Shown: positions 28,343-38,785, numbered from the stretch's first letter. The stretch: DNA of 64,000 nt from Candidatus Levybacteria bacterium RIFCSPHIGHO2_01_FULL_41_15 (GCA_001782165.1 MFNV01000007.1:15449-79448); one strand, 5' to 3'. Program-made: numbers and translations. Notes: generated by a model not told the origin, from the letters alone.

Positions 28343-30025
28343 TCAATTTGGGGAAAGCAAAGAGGAAGGGATTATTTGCTTGGGAATTGAGGGGGAGCTA
28401 AAACGGAGTTCTGAAACCGCCTGTTTCCTGTTTTCAAAATATTCCATTTTAATATCGTATTTTTCACCCTCTGCGAGTTCGATTGTTCCGGATTTTTCTG
28501 TAACCGATTGCTCATTCCAGTTATCTATAATAAGCTGGCCCCCTACCCAAAGTCTTACTCCGTCATCGGTGCTCGCATAGAAAGTATAGGTTTCAGAAAA
28601 TTGCGAAAGTATTTTTCCGGTCCATCTTGCAGAAAATGTGTTGCTGCCAATTGATGGATCCGGCGAACCCGACCCCCAGTTGAAATTGATAGTAGGATCT
28701 ATGCGGGAAACGGTTCTGCCGGTAAAATCTTTATTGTTGTAGTAAACCGCTGATAAGCCACTTGTTTCCGGCGGCAATGAAGGGATCGGGCTTGGAGTGG
28801 GCGTGGGAGTTGACGTGGGGGTTGGCGTTAAAGTTGGCGTAGGAGTTGGGGTTGGCGTCACGAAAGATTCACAATCTAGAGCTGCACAGGCATCAATCCG
28901 ACCATATGTCCAATAATTTCCAGTTTTGGCTATTTTCTCAGCTGTTGATTCGATTTTATTTCTTACATCCTGATTATCAAAAGAAGAATTGTTTGCAAAT
29001 ACTAAACTTGAAAGAGCAGATACAAAGGGAGTTGCCATGGAAGTCCCTGATAAATATGCGTAATTGCCATTATAAGTAGAAAGAATAGAAACGCCCGGTG
29101 CTGCCAAATCAACCCACCATCCGTAGCTTGAGAAGCTTGCTTTATTATCAGACGAGTCTGTTGCCGCAACAGCAATTGAATTTGTATAGTAGGCAGGGTA
29201 TAAAGCTCTTGTATTATTGCTATTTCCGGCTGCAGCGGCAATTACGACTCCTTTCCCCCATGCATAATTTACTGCATCTCTTAAGGTTGAGGAATCAAAA
29301 TACCCTCCAAGACTAAGGTTTATGACCTTAGCACCATTATCAGCTGCCCAAATAATTCCATTTGCAATCCATGAATAGTATCCTGAACCGCTATTATCCA
29401 AAACCTTAACCGAAATTAATTTTGTATCATAGCCTAAAGAAGCAATCCCTATAGAATTATTCGTAGTTGCTGCCACAATTCCTGCAACATGCGTTCCATG
29501 TCCATCACCATCGACATCCGGGTCCCAGCTAAAATTCGCTCTTTTTACCACTTTTCCCGAAATGTCCGGGTGTGAGTCATCAATTCCCGTATCTAAGACT
29601 GCAACAGGAGCCAAATCTCCCCCATGAGTTTTATCCCATCCTCCTTCTGCTTTAATTTTGGGAAGTCCCCATTGGGATGAGTAATAAGGGTCATTTGGGA
29701 TTTCTACCTTTTTGGCAACAAAGTCCGGTTCTGCATACTTTATTTTGCTACTTTTTTTTAGCTTACCTATTGTTTCTTTTACTTTGCTTTTCGGAACTTT
29801 TACCCTTTCCGCGTTTATCCTGCCCAGCTTTTTTTCTCTTTTTGCTCCGACTGAGAAAAGGACAGTATCTTTTTCTTTTTCAGAAATTTTATCTTGGAAT
29901 CTAACCAAAACTTTATCGGAAGCAAATTCTTGAGTCTCTTGGGCTTGGGTAAAAATTATTTTAAAAGAGAGGATTAATCCTACAGTTAGGAGAAGAATAA
30001 GGAAAACTTTAGGAAGCCTACCCAT
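28343..30025 (-). CDS. secreted subtilisin-like serine peptidase (S8) with Pro/Thr linker and C-terminal PA14 domain
   Basis: Signal peptide, I9-like propeptide, triad contexts VAVLDTGIDDSHPDI / HGTHVAGIVAA / GTSMATPFVSAL. The PA14 region is YYNNKDFTGRTVSRIDPTINFNWG...ARWTGKI...YTFYASTDDGVRLWVGGQLIIDNW. Confidence 0.8.
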   Translation of the reverse strand: MGRLPKVFLILLLTVGLILSFKIIFTQAQETQEFASDKVLVRFQDKISEKEKDTVLFSVGAKREKKLGRINAERVKVPKSKVKETIGKLKKSSKIKYAEPDFVAKKVEIPNDPYYSSQWGLPKIKAEGGWDKTHGGDLAPVAVLDTGIDDSHPDISGKVVKRANFSWDPDVDGDGHGTHVAGIVAATTNNSIGIASLGYDTKLISVKVLDNSGSGYYSWIANGIIWAADNGAKVINLSLGGYFDSSTLRDAVNYAWGKGVVIAAAAGNSNNTRALYPAYYTNSIAVAATDSSDNKASFSSYGWWVDLAAPGVSILSTYNGNYAYLSGTSMATPFVSALSSLVFANNSSFDNQDVRNKIESTAEKIAKTGNYWTYGRIDACAALDCESFVTPTPTPTPTLTPTPTSTPTPTPSPIPSLPPETSGLSAVYYNNKDFTGRTVSRIDPTINFNWGSGSPDPSIGSNTFSARWTGKILSQFSETYTFYASTDDGVRLWVGGQLIIDNWNEQSVTEKSGTIELAEGEKYDIKMEYFENRKQAVSELRFSSPSIPKQIIPSSLLSPN

Positions 30026-30072
30026 TAAAAATAGATTATCAAATCATTCCCCAAAAGTCCAGCCAAAACCCT

Positions 30073-30109
30073 AATCCAGCCAGTGGCATTTTTTGTATTT
30101 TTTGCCACT
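30073..30109. promoter_or_regulatory. conserved upstream motif AATCCAGCCAGTGG (copy 2), overlapping the palindrome GTGGCA-N14-TGCCAC (30084-30109), 44-57 nt upstream of the S8-PA14 gene
   Basis: Read directly. A direct repeat TCCAGCCA also occurs at 30058-30065 and 30075-30082. Confidence 0.4.
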
Positions 30110-30151
30110 TTCGCATCCTCCTTCGTTAAAACTTCGGCGGGACAAACCAGC

Positions 30152-32905
30152 CTATGGAATCGTGGGGTAGTGACACTTCTTCCATTTTTTTCCAGATCCA
30201 CATGGGCAGGGGTCGTTGCGACCGAGCTTTTTGGGTTTGTTCGTTATTAGTTCTTCGTTATTCGGTTTACTAATTTTCGACTGCTTGTTACTTGTTTCCT
30301 GTTGCTTGTTACTTACTTCTCTTGTCCTTAACTCTTCCGAAACTGAAGTATCGCCTGCTGCCTCAAGATGAACATGCTCACGGACAGGTGTTTGGGGTAT
30401 CTGAACTTGAATTTTATAAATTCTGTGAACTATCTCATCATCAACTGCAGCTATTAACTGCTCAAACATTCTAAATGCTTCATTCTTATATTCAACCAAG
30501 GGATCTCTCTGTCCGTACCCCCTAAGTCCTATTCCCTGCCTAAGATTTTCAACAGCATCCAAATGATCTACCCAAAGATTATCAATAACGGAAAGGGTTA
30601 CAAATCTTTCAATTTGTCTTGCCAAATCCCCACCTAGTTCCTCTTCCCGTTTTGTGTAAATATCCTTTGCGAGTTTTACCAAAAATTCTGTCTTTCCGGG
30701 AGTTCCCGAAAACTGCATCATTTGACTTGCTATTTGCTTTTTTGAAGCATCATCAAAAGGAAGTATGGTTGAAAAGTCCTCAACAATTGCCTCATCCGAA
30801 GATTCCCCGTTCTCCAAAACCTCCTGAGTCTTCATTTCTACAAGAGTTGAAATTGCATTTTCAATTTTTTCCAAGGTTTCTTCTTTTAAGAACTCGCTGT
30901 CTTTACCTTGCACCTCTAAGATGTTTCGTCTTCTCTTGTAGATTATTTCCCTCTGTTTATTCAGAACATCATCGTATTCTACCAAATGCTTTCTTATATC
31001 AAAGTTAAACCGTTCAACCTTCCCTTGTGCCTGCTCAATTGCCCTTGATACAAGACCGTGCTGAAGAGGAACATCCTCGGGCATATTAAATCTTGTCATT
31101 ATTCCTGCAATTGTATCCCCTCCAAAAAGCCTCATAATCTCATCATCGAGACCGACAAAGAAGAGAGATTTCCCGGGATCTCCTTGTCTTCCTGATCTTC
31201 CCCTAAGCTGGTTATCAATTCTTCTTGATTCATGCCTTTCGGTTCCTATTACATAAAGTCCTCCGAGTTTTACAATTTCATCATGTTTTTTTTCCCAGTC
31301 TTTCCATTCCCTTGAGTCTTTATCCTCTTTTCCATCCTTTCCTTTTGGAGTATCTCCTCCCAAGATAATATCAACACCTCTTCCTGCCATATTTGTTGCA
31401 ACAGTTATTGCTCCTTTTGCTCCTGCTTTTGCGATAATTTCTGCTTCTCTTTCATGATTTTTGGCATTTAGAAGCTCATGTCTTATCCCTCGCCTCTTAA
31501 GCAGCTCGGAAATGATTTCATTTTTTTCAATAGACGTAGTTCCTACCAAGACCGGCTGTCCTTTCTTGTAAGCTTCTTCTATTTCGTTGGCAACTGCCGT
31601 AAGCTTGGCCCTTGCGGTTTTGTAAACGGAATCAGACAAATCCTTTCTTATCATTGGCTTATTTGTAGGTATAACAACAACATCAAGTTTATAAATCTTA
31701 TGGAATTCTTCCGCCTCAGTTACTGCTGTTCCTGTCATTCCAGCCAATTTTTCATACATTCTGAAATAATTTTGAAGAGAAACGGTTGCCAGTATCTTTG
31801 ACTCCTTTTGAACAGGGACCCCCTCTTTTGCCTCAATTGCCTGATGAAGACCCTCCGAAAGTCTTCTTCCCTCCATGAGTCTTCCTGTAAACTCATCGAC
31901 TAAGATTACCTGATTCTCTTTGACTATATAGTCCTTTTCTTTTTGAAATAATGTCCTTGCTTTAAGAGCTGCTTCCAAGTGATAAACAATGTCAAAATCC
32001 TTCTCATAAACGTTTGATATCCCGTAAAGTTTCTCAATTTTTCCAATTCCGTGATCCGTAAGATGAGCGGTTCGCAATTTTTCATCAACTTTATAATCCA
32101 TATCCTGTGTTAATTTCTCAACCAATTTTGCATATTCGTAGTACCTTTGAGCAGGAGCCTCATCGGGAGCAGAAATTATATGAGGAGTTCTTGCTTCATC
32201 AATGAGAACTGAGTCAACCTCATCAACAATTGCATAAAAATGTCCTTTTTGAACAACATCTTCTATGCTCTGTACCATATTATCCCGAAGATAATCAAAT
32301 CCGAATTCAGAATTGATTCCATAAACAATATCTGCATTATAAGCCTCTCTTCGGCTTATGGACTTAAGATGAGAAAGTCTAAAATCCCAAGCCTTAGGAT
32401 CCAAATGCTTAGGATCGTAGACAAAAGACTCTTCATTAATAATCGATGAAACCGAAAGGCCGAGAAGATTAAATATCGGACCCATCCATCCGCAATCACG
32501 TCTTGCCAAATAATCATTGACTGTTACTAAATGAACATTTTTCCCGGTCAGGCTATTGAGGTACAGCGCAGGAACAGCAGATAGGGTTTTTCCTTCTCCA
32601 GTTTTCTGCTCGGCAATTCTACCATGCGCAAGAACAGTTCCTGCCATAAGCTGGACATCAAAATGTCTCTGTCCGATTGTTCTTCTTGCGGCTTCCCGAA
32701 CAAGTGCAAAGGCCTCTGGAAGTATTAAATCCAAAGATTCTCCATCTGAAACTCTTTGTTTAAATTTTTGAGTTTCCTTGGCAAAGTTTTCGTCCTTTAA
32801 TTTTTTAACCTTTTCTTCCAAAGAATTTATTTCGGAGATAATAGGCTTTAACTTGTCAATTTCTTTTTCGTTGGAATTAAAAATTTTGGTGAATATTGAA
32901 ACCAT
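30152..32905 (-). CDS. secA: preprotein translocase ATPase SecA
   Basis: DEAD-motor motifs and 917 aa. The C-terminal zinc-binding tail is CPCGSGKKWKKCH. Confidence 0.9.
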   Translation of the reverse strand: MVSIFTKIFNSNEKEIDKLKPIISEINSLEEKVKKLKDENFAKETQKFKQRVSDGESLDLILPEAFALVREAARRTIGQRHFDVQLMAGTVLAHGRIAEQKTGEGKTLSAVPALYLNSLTGKNVHLVTVNDYLARRDCGWMGPIFNLLGLSVSSIINEESFVYDPKHLDPKAWDFRLSHLKSISRREAYNADIVYGINSEFGFDYLRDNMVQSIEDVVQKGHFYAIVDEVDSVLIDEARTPHIISAPDEAPAQRYYEYAKLVEKLTQDMDYKVDEKLRTAHLTDHGIGKIEKLYGISNVYEKDFDIVYHLEAALKARTLFQKEKDYIVKENQVILVDEFTGRLMEGRRLSEGLHQAIEAKEGVPVQKESKILATVSLQNYFRMYEKLAGMTGTAVTEAEEFHKIYKLDVVVIPTNKPMIRKDLSDSVYKTARAKLTAVANEIEEAYKKGQPVLVGTTSIEKNEIISELLKRRGIRHELLNAKNHEREAEIIAKAGAKGAITVATNMAGRGVDIILGGDTPKGKDGKEDKDSREWKDWEKKHDEIVKLGGLYVIGTERHESRRIDNQLRGRSGRQGDPGKSLFFVGLDDEIMRLFGGDTIAGIMTRFNMPEDVPLQHGLVSRAIEQAQGKVERFNFDIRKHLVEYDDVLNKQREIIYKRRRNILEVQGKDSEFLKEETLEKIENAISTLVEMKTQEVLENGESSDEAIVEDFSTILPFDDASKKQIASQMMQFSGTPGKTEFLVKLAKDIYTKREEELGGDLARQIERFVTLSVIDNLWVDHLDAVENLRQGIGLRGYGQRDPLVEYKNEAFRMFEQLIAAVDDEIVHRIYKIQVQIPQTPVREHVHLEAAGDTSVSEELRTREVSNKQQETSNKQSKISKPNNEELITNKPKKLGRNDPCPCGSGKKWKKCHYPTIP

Positions 32906-33210
32906 AGTCTATATATTCTAGCACAGGCTGAGGCTCATGAAAAACCCCACCAGACTTATTTTTCAAAATATGGCAGGGTTTTACCAACTGATCAATTGGT
33001 AATGTTCCAAATTACTTACCAATTTAAAATTTATCTCTTTCCTTTCTTCTTTCTTTTCTTTGCCATTTATGAAATCACCCCCTTCACGTTTAAAAATTTT
33101 GACAAAAATTTTAGCATTTTTATGTTGAATAATTTAAAAAAATTTGTCAAGTAATTTACCCTGCTTCAAAAGTAGGAATTTAGACTACCAATAAAGCAAA
33201 AATCACGATG

Positions 33211-34476
33211 CTATTTTTGGGGTTTTATTGAAGTTTTTCCCATATATTTTTGCAAAACTTTTGGTACAAGAATACTTCCATCTTTTTGCTGATAGTTTTC
33301 AAGAATCGCAATAATTGTTCTGCCAATTGCAAACGCGGTACCATTTAAAATATGTACAAAGCTCCTTTCATTCCCAGCCTGGTACTTAATATTAAGTCTT
33401 CTTGCCTGAAAATCAGTGGTTGTTGAAATAGAATGGGTTTCTCTATATTTATTTTGTGAGGGCATCCATATTTCTATATCAATAGTTTCTGCTGAGGGAA
33501 ATGCCAAGTCCTGCGTTGCAAGTCTTACGAGTTGATATGGTAAACCTAAATCCGCAACCAATTTTTCCGCTGTTTCTAAAAGTTTCTTTCTTTCAATCTC
33601 ATCATCCTTCGGCCGAACAAAAGAAACCATCTCAAGCTTATCAAATTGATGAACCCTGAAAATCCCTCTCGTATCTTTTCCGTAACTCCCTGCTTCTCTT
33701 CTAAAAGACGAGGAAAAAACCAGATATCTTTTTGGCAAATCTTTAATATTAAAAACTTCATCTTTATGCATCGGCACTACTGCATGCTCTCCTGTCCCCA
33801 CAAGATAAAGATCTACATTTTTTTCTTTTTTGCTTTCCGAAAGTTCGAAATCTCTGACAAAATAATAATTTTCATTTCCTCCCAGCTGCCAATAGCCAAG
33901 ACCTTCTGTTATATCGCTTTTTAAAAGAACTGGAGGCACAATAGGGATAAAATTTTCGGGCAGAAGTTTTTCCAAAACAAATTGGATGAGAGCAAACTCG
34001 AGAAGCGCAGCATCTCCTTTGAGAAAACCAAATCTTGTTCCTGAAACTTTTGCCGCTCTTTTTGTATCGATAATACCTAAGTTTTCTCCAAGTTCTAAAT
34101 GATCTTTTGGAGCAAAACTAAACTTTGGAGGCGAACCTTCTGTTTTGATAACTTCATTTTTGGAAGCGTCACCGACCGGAACCTTATGAAGCACTATGTT
34201 TGGAAGCTGTAATAAAAGCTCCTCGAGATTTCTTTCTGATATTCTTAATCTTTCCTCTTGTTTTCTTAACTCTTCTTTAATCTTTCTCCCTTTTTTAATA
34301 TCTTTTTCCGAAGCAGCTTTATTTCTTTCTTCTCGTAGTTTTTGAACAGAGGTAGATAGTTCTTTAACTTCTGTATCAAGTTTTAGAATATGGTCCGTAT
34401 CAATATCAACCCCGCGGTCTTTAATTTTTTTCTTGATTTCCTGAGGGTTTTCTCTAATTAATTTGATATCAATCAT
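33211..34476 (-). CDS. serS: seryl-tRNA synthetase
   Basis: N-terminal coiled-coil arm plus class II core motifs. 421 aa. Confidence 0.9.
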   Translation of the reverse strand: MIDIKLIRENPQEIKKKIKDRGVDIDTDHILKLDTEVKELSTSVQKLREERNKAASEKDIKKGRKIKEELRKQEERLRISERNLEELLLQLPNIVLHKVPVGDASKNEVIKTEGSPPKFSFAPKDHLELGENLGIIDTKRAAKVSGTRFGFLKGDAALLEFALIQFVLEKLLPENFIPIVPPVLLKSDITEGLGYWQLGGNENYYFVRDFELSESKKEKNVDLYLVGTGEHAVVPMHKDEVFNIKDLPKRYLVFSSSFRREAGSYGKDTRGIFRVHQFDKLEMVSFVRPKDDEIERKKLLETAEKLVADLGLPYQLVRLATQDLAFPSAETIDIEIWMPSQNKYRETHSISTTTDFQARRLNIKYQAGNERSFVHILNGTAFAIGRTIIAILENYQQKDGSILVPKVLQKYMGKTSIKPQK

Positions 34477-34491
34477 TCTTAAATCTTAAAT

Positions 34492-35103
34492 CTAAATTCC
34501 CAATTCCTTCTTGATAATTGGCTTTAACTTAGTTATCGCTTTATACCTGTGATTATACAGCTTTTCTTCTTTTTCTGAAAGATCGAACTCATGATAATAT
34601 TTTTCTATCTTTGGAAGATAAAAAAAAGATCTGTAAGGGTAGCCTGTCAAAATTTTAAGAAGTGGTTTTTCTGCGATTTTTCCTTCAACTTCGCCTTTTT
34701 CACTAAAAACTTTTCCATTTGGCAAAGCAAAAGAAACTACGGTTCTGAAAAATGCCCGGCGGTTATTTTTCGGAAGATTTTGGGAGACTTTTATCATACG
34801 GGCAATAATCTTTTCATCTGTTGCTCCGCGTCCTGCCCATCTCCTGCTTTTGACACCTGGCGCGCCGCCCAGAGCATCAATTTCGATTCCTCCATCATCT
34901 GCAATCGAAGGTAGTCCTGATTTTCTTGCGTAAAAAATTGCTTTATTCCGGGAATTTTCCTCGTATGTTTCCCCTGTTTCCTCAAAATCATCCTCAATGC
35001 CGACATCTTTTAAGGAAACTATTTTAATATTGAGATTTTTAAGAAATTTTGAGATCTCTCTAAGCTTCCCCTGATTTCTGGTCGCAATAAGAACTTTTCT
35101 CAT
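34492..35103 (-). CDS. rdgB: non-canonical purine NTP pyrophosphatase (Ham1/RdgB family)
   Basis: ATRNQGKLREI N-terminus and the DDGGIEIDALGGAPGVKS Ham1 motif. Confidence 0.75.
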   Translation of the reverse strand: MRKVLIATRNQGKLREISKFLKNLNIKIVSLKDVGIEDDFEETGETYEENSRNKAIFYARKSGLPSIADDGGIEIDALGGAPGVKSRRWAGRGATDEKIIARMIKVSQNLPKNNRRAFFRTVVSFALPNGKVFSEKGEVEGKIAEKPLLKILTGYPYRSFFYLPKIEKYYHEFDLSEKEEKLYNHRYKAITKLKPIIKKELGI

Positions 35104-35111
35104 CAGAAGTT

Positions 35112-36680
35112 TTATAAAGAAGAAACGTCCTGGAATCTTTTTTGGGCAAATTCTTTATACTCAAGTATCAGCCAGGCTGCCTTGGGACCTGAGTCTTTAC
35201 CAATCAGAGAAAGATAAATAGCCAGAAATGCTTCTTTTGAAGAAAGACCCTCTTCTTTGGCAAGCGTATAAAGTTTCTCCTGAAAATCTTCTCCCTCCCA
35301 TTTTTTATCAAGCTCTTGAATAATCTTTTTAAGATATTCTTTTTGTTTTTTGTTTAATTTCTCAACTTCAATGGGGATTTTTTGCGCAATTTCAAACTTT
35401 GCCGAATCCGGAGCATATCTTTCAAGCCAGACCTTTGCATATTTTGCCCATTCTTCGAGTTTTTCCTCCCTAATTCTGTCCGCAAGATTGGGCATCTGAA
35501 CCCACTGCACAAGGACAGAAAATCTTCTTTTGGGAGGTTTTCCAAGTTTACCAACTTGGGACAGTTCGAAAATTCTGGCAAGATCCCGGTCTGTTTTTTT
35601 TCCGCCAGAGGCGGATCGGCCTTTGGCCGAAAAATATGCATCGGATGCTTCCTGATAATCATCAAAAAGCTTGGGAATTGTATCAGCGGATGGATCAAAA
35701 TTTATTGCCTGATTAATTCGGGTTTTAACCATAAGAAATCTCAAAATCTCCGCAGGCAAAATTTCAAGCATCTCAGAAGAAGATGTACCCCGGCCTTTTG
35801 AAGAAGACATCTTTTTTCCTCCTACAAGAAAGAACTCATAGGGCAAGGGGTATGGTATCGGATAATTTATAACTTTCTGGCAGATAAGAGAGGCGATGTC
35901 ATGGGATCCTCCCCGGCTCATGTGATCCTTCCCTGCTCCTTCAACCGTGACGCCAATTACTTTCCATTTACATGCCCATTCAACTTTCCAGACAAGTTTA
36001 CCTGTTATACCGTTTCTATTGCTAAAAGGGCTTGTCTTGCCTTCAAATCCGCATCCCTTCGTCCAAGGCACTCCATCAACTCTGCATTTAAAATAAACAA
36101 ATTCGCCATCCCATTTATTTACTTTGGTTGTTGAAGCCTTTCCGCAATTTGGACAGTACACTTGAAACGGATACCAATCGTCTGAAAGTTTCTTTTTGTA
36201 AACCTTAGAATAAATGTCTCTTATAATATCTGCTTTATCGAGGCATTCTTTAATAACCGTGTTCAGCTTTCCGCTCATATATAAATCTGTCGACCATAGG
36301 ATCTCGGGACTACACCCTATTGCCTCAAATACTTTTATAAAGTCTTTTGCAAAGTAATCTGCGTAGTTCTCGAATCCCTCCTCGGGAGACGGGATTTTGT
36401 AAAGGGGCATACCTAAATATTTTTCAAATTTTTCCTTGGGAAGATAAACGGGCAAATCATCCATGGGATCGTGATTGTCAAAAATATAAGTATATTTTGC
36501 TTTTATCTTCTGATCCAAAAGCGCTTTATAAACAAGGTCCTGGATGACAACCCCACGCAAAGCCCCTACATGGATCTTTCCAGACGGGGTTTTCATATCA
36601 TCGACCCATTCAAGAGGAAGTTTTCTTTTTTTTAAATCATGTGCAACTCTATCCGCCCAAAACATAGAATTATTATACAT
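35112..36680 (-). CDS. lysS: class I lysyl-tRNA synthetase
   Basis: Class I LysRS (LysK-type): a HIGH-like HVGALRG, the KMSSSKG (KMSKS) motif, and the zinc-binding CPNCGK...C pattern. Confidence 0.8.
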   Translation of the reverse strand: MYNNSMFWADRVAHDLKKRKLPLEWVDDMKTPSGKIHVGALRGVVIQDLVYKALLDQKIKAKYTYIFDNHDPMDDLPVYLPKEKFEKYLGMPLYKIPSPEEGFENYADYFAKDFIKVFEAIGCSPEILWSTDLYMSGKLNTVIKECLDKADIIRDIYSKVYKKKLSDDWYPFQVYCPNCGKASTTKVNKWDGEFVYFKCRVDGVPWTKGCGFEGKTSPFSNRNGITGKLVWKVEWACKWKVIGVTVEGAGKDHMSRGGSHDIASLICQKVINYPIPYPLPYEFFLVGGKKMSSSKGRGTSSSEMLEILPAEILRFLMVKTRINQAINFDPSADTIPKLFDDYQEASDAYFSAKGRSASGGKKTDRDLARIFELSQVGKLGKPPKRRFSVLVQWVQMPNLADRIREEKLEEWAKYAKVWLERYAPDSAKFEIAQKIPIEVEKLNKKQKEYLKKIIQELDKKWEGEDFQEKLYTLAKEEGLSSKEAFLAIYLSLIGKDSGPKAAWLILEYKEFAQKRFQDVSSL

Positions 36681-36714
36681 TCAATAAAGAGAAATTGCAG
36701 TATAAAGAGAGGTT

Positions 36715-37347
36715 TCAGCTATGGTTCTCCCAAAGCATTACTATCCCGTAATTTCGGCTTTGTTCATCTGGCTCAAAATCAGGGATGATTTTGACAACAT
36801 GCAAACCTTGTCTATCATAAAATCTTATCTCAGGATCATATATGTCGCCTTTTTCATTTTTCTTTTTTAAATAATCTTCAACAGTTATATCCCCATTATG
36901 CTTACAATAAGCATCGTATCCCGGAATTCTTGCTCCTAAAAAAAGGTATTTTAGACCTAGTTTTTCTGCTAATTCTATTTGAGATTGTATCAACATGCCA
37001 CCAATTCCTTTACCTTGACTATCCGCTGATACACCAACTGACACCACATATAATGCATTTCCAGATGGATTATGGGTTTTTTTAATCATTCCATTGCCAG
37101 TTATCTCATCCCATGTTTTTTGAGATGATGGATCGTAAGTTGTTATTTGGGATGTAGAAACACCCTTAATTTTCTCATTAATTTTTACAGTCAAAAAACC
37201 TTGAGGGAAAATCCTTAAACGTGATTTAAATTTCTCTCTTGATGCTTGAAGTTCCGGGGGCCAAGAATTTTTTTCTACGTTTAAAATTTGATCCAAGAAA
37301 TTTTCTTGTTGATTGCTCGGAGTACTTACAGCTGACTCAATTTCCAT
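36715..37347 (-). CDS. GNAT-fold acyltransferase, paralog B
   Basis: Acyl-CoA-binding loop SQGKGIGGMLI. Collinear similarity to the adjacent 271-aa gene. Confidence 0.5.
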   Translation of the reverse strand: MEIESAVSTPSNQQENFLDQILNVEKNSWPPELQASREKFKSRLRIFPQGFLTVKINEKIKGVSTSQITTYDPSSQKTWDEITGNGMIKKTHNPSGNALYVVSVGVSADSQGKGIGGMLIQSQIELAEKLGLKYLFLGARIPGYDAYCKHNGDITVEDYLKKKNEKGDIYDPEIRFYDRQGLHVVKIIPDFEPDEQSRNYGIVMLWENHS

Positions 37348-37361
37348 TGTTTTTATTGATC

Positions 37362-38177
37362 TTATTTATCCTCTAGAATACCCCAAACATTTCCTTCTAA
37401 ATAAGTGGCTCCATTTCTTCCGACAACCCAAATACCAGTCTGCCCACATCTCCATACGTCTGGGCGCATTTTTCTCCATTTCTCAGGAAAATATGTTCTC
37501 CTATACTCCTCAAATTCCTCCATGGAAACATCAGGTACCATCATTGCAAAATCATCAACTCTTAGAACATCCATCCCATTTCTGGTTAGAGCACGTAACC
37601 AAGCATCTTGAGGCAGTCTATCTGGTCTTTTAAGATGAGAGTATGTAGTGAAATTTGCCCGAGGATTATCGTGACTATAGTCCCCGAATTGACTGGGTCT
37701 AAAGGAACCCATTATATGTTTAATGCCTAGGGTTTCCCTAAGAGTCTTGACTGCAGTTATTATGTCTCCTGTAAGTCCTTGTCCTTGAAACTCAGGATGT
37801 ATGTTTATCGACATCATAGCAACGGCATTACCGTTAGGATCGTAAGTTTCTTCATAAGTAGAGGGATACCCAGCGAGCTCATCCCAAGTTGGTAGATTGT
37901 CCGGATTTCCATCATAATTAAATCTGTTAAGAGATATGCTTGCTATTGGACGCTTTCCTTTCCAGATAGCAATCTGGCCTTCAGGAAATACTACTGCCCG
38001 CTTTGCTAAAGTTTCTGGGGATGCTCTCAGCCATGGTGCCCAATTGGGCACTTCTAGTTCTTGATAGATTCTTGCTGCTTCTTCCGGTTTGTAAGTTCTT
38101 AGTTCAAACCCATTTGACCCATCTTCTCTGGAAGATAAGCTTGGACCCGCATGCGGTAGTTCAGACATTGATCTCAT
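37362..38177 (-). CDS. GNAT-fold acyltransferase, paralog A (with N-terminal extension)
   Basis: FQGQGLTGDI loop. Collinear with the downstream paralog (TWDEL/TWDEI, NGNAVAMMSINI/SGNALYVVSVGV). Confidence 0.5.
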   Translation of the reverse strand: MRSMSELPHAGPSLSSREDGSNGFELRTYKPEEAARIYQELEVPNWAPWLRASPETLAKRAVVFPEGQIAIWKGKRPIASISLNRFNYDGNPDNLPTWDELAGYPSTYEETYDPNGNAVAMMSINIHPEFQGQGLTGDIITAVKTLRETLGIKHIMGSFRPSQFGDYSHDNPRANFTTYSHLKRPDRLPQDAWLRALTRNGMDVLRVDDFAMMVPDVSMEEFEEYRRTYFPEKWRKMRPDVWRCGQTGIWVVGRNGATYLEGNVWGILEDK

Positions 38178-38215
38178 TTTAGCATTTTTAAAAAAATAAA
38201 ACTACTTAGGAGGGG

Positions 38216-38695
38216 TTAGTGGATTGAGACGATTGAATATACTAGTTTTCCTGCGGGGGCCTCTACCTCAACTTTTTCTCCTACTTTTCTTCCCATAAGA
38301 GCCTTTCCAAGTGGTGACTCATGGGAAATTTTTTTTTCCTTAGGATCTGCTTCCCATTCTCCAACTACTTTGAACACTTCTTTTTTGCCTTTAATATGAA
38401 GCTTAACAGTTGATCCAAGTTTTATTACACTATTTCTTGCAGTCCTTCCTCCGCCATTTATCACAACAGCCTGTTTTAAAAGCTCTTCAAGCTCATCAAG
38501 TCTTCCATCTATGAAAGACAGTTCTTCTCTGGCCGCTGCGTATTCTGCATTCTCCGAAAGATCTCCAAGATCTCTTGCCTGAGAAACACGAGACAAGACA
38601 TCCGGTCTTTTGATCTTTGAGAGTTCTTCGTGTTCTTTTTTAAGTTCTGCAAGACCTTCGCGGGTCAAATAGATTTTTTTATCACCATTGTGCAT
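38216..38695 (-). CDS. greA: transcription elongation factor GreA
   Basis: LTREGLAELKKEHEEL...GDLSENAEYAAAREE; classic GreA. Confidence 0.85.
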   Translation of the reverse strand: MHNGDKKIYLTREGLAELKKEHEELSKIKRPDVLSRVSQARDLGDLSENAEYAAAREELSFIDGRLDELEELLKQAVVINGGGRTARNSVIKLGSTVKLHIKGKKEVFKVVGEWEADPKEKKISHESPLGKALMGRKVGEKVEVEAPAGKLVYSIVSIH

Positions 38696-38785
38696 AGGCT
38701 TATTAAAAATAAAATCCCTCGGGTTGGTTTGTCAATCTGAGGGATGATATCAACGGTGAAATATTATACGAAAATTTTTGCTTTG

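Noticed and set aside
33095-33180. Plus-strand TTGACA/TTGTCA promoter-like hexamers in the secA-serS spacer
   Set aside because: No plus-strand gene follows. Both flanking genes are on the minus strand. Likely chance matches in AT-rich DNA.
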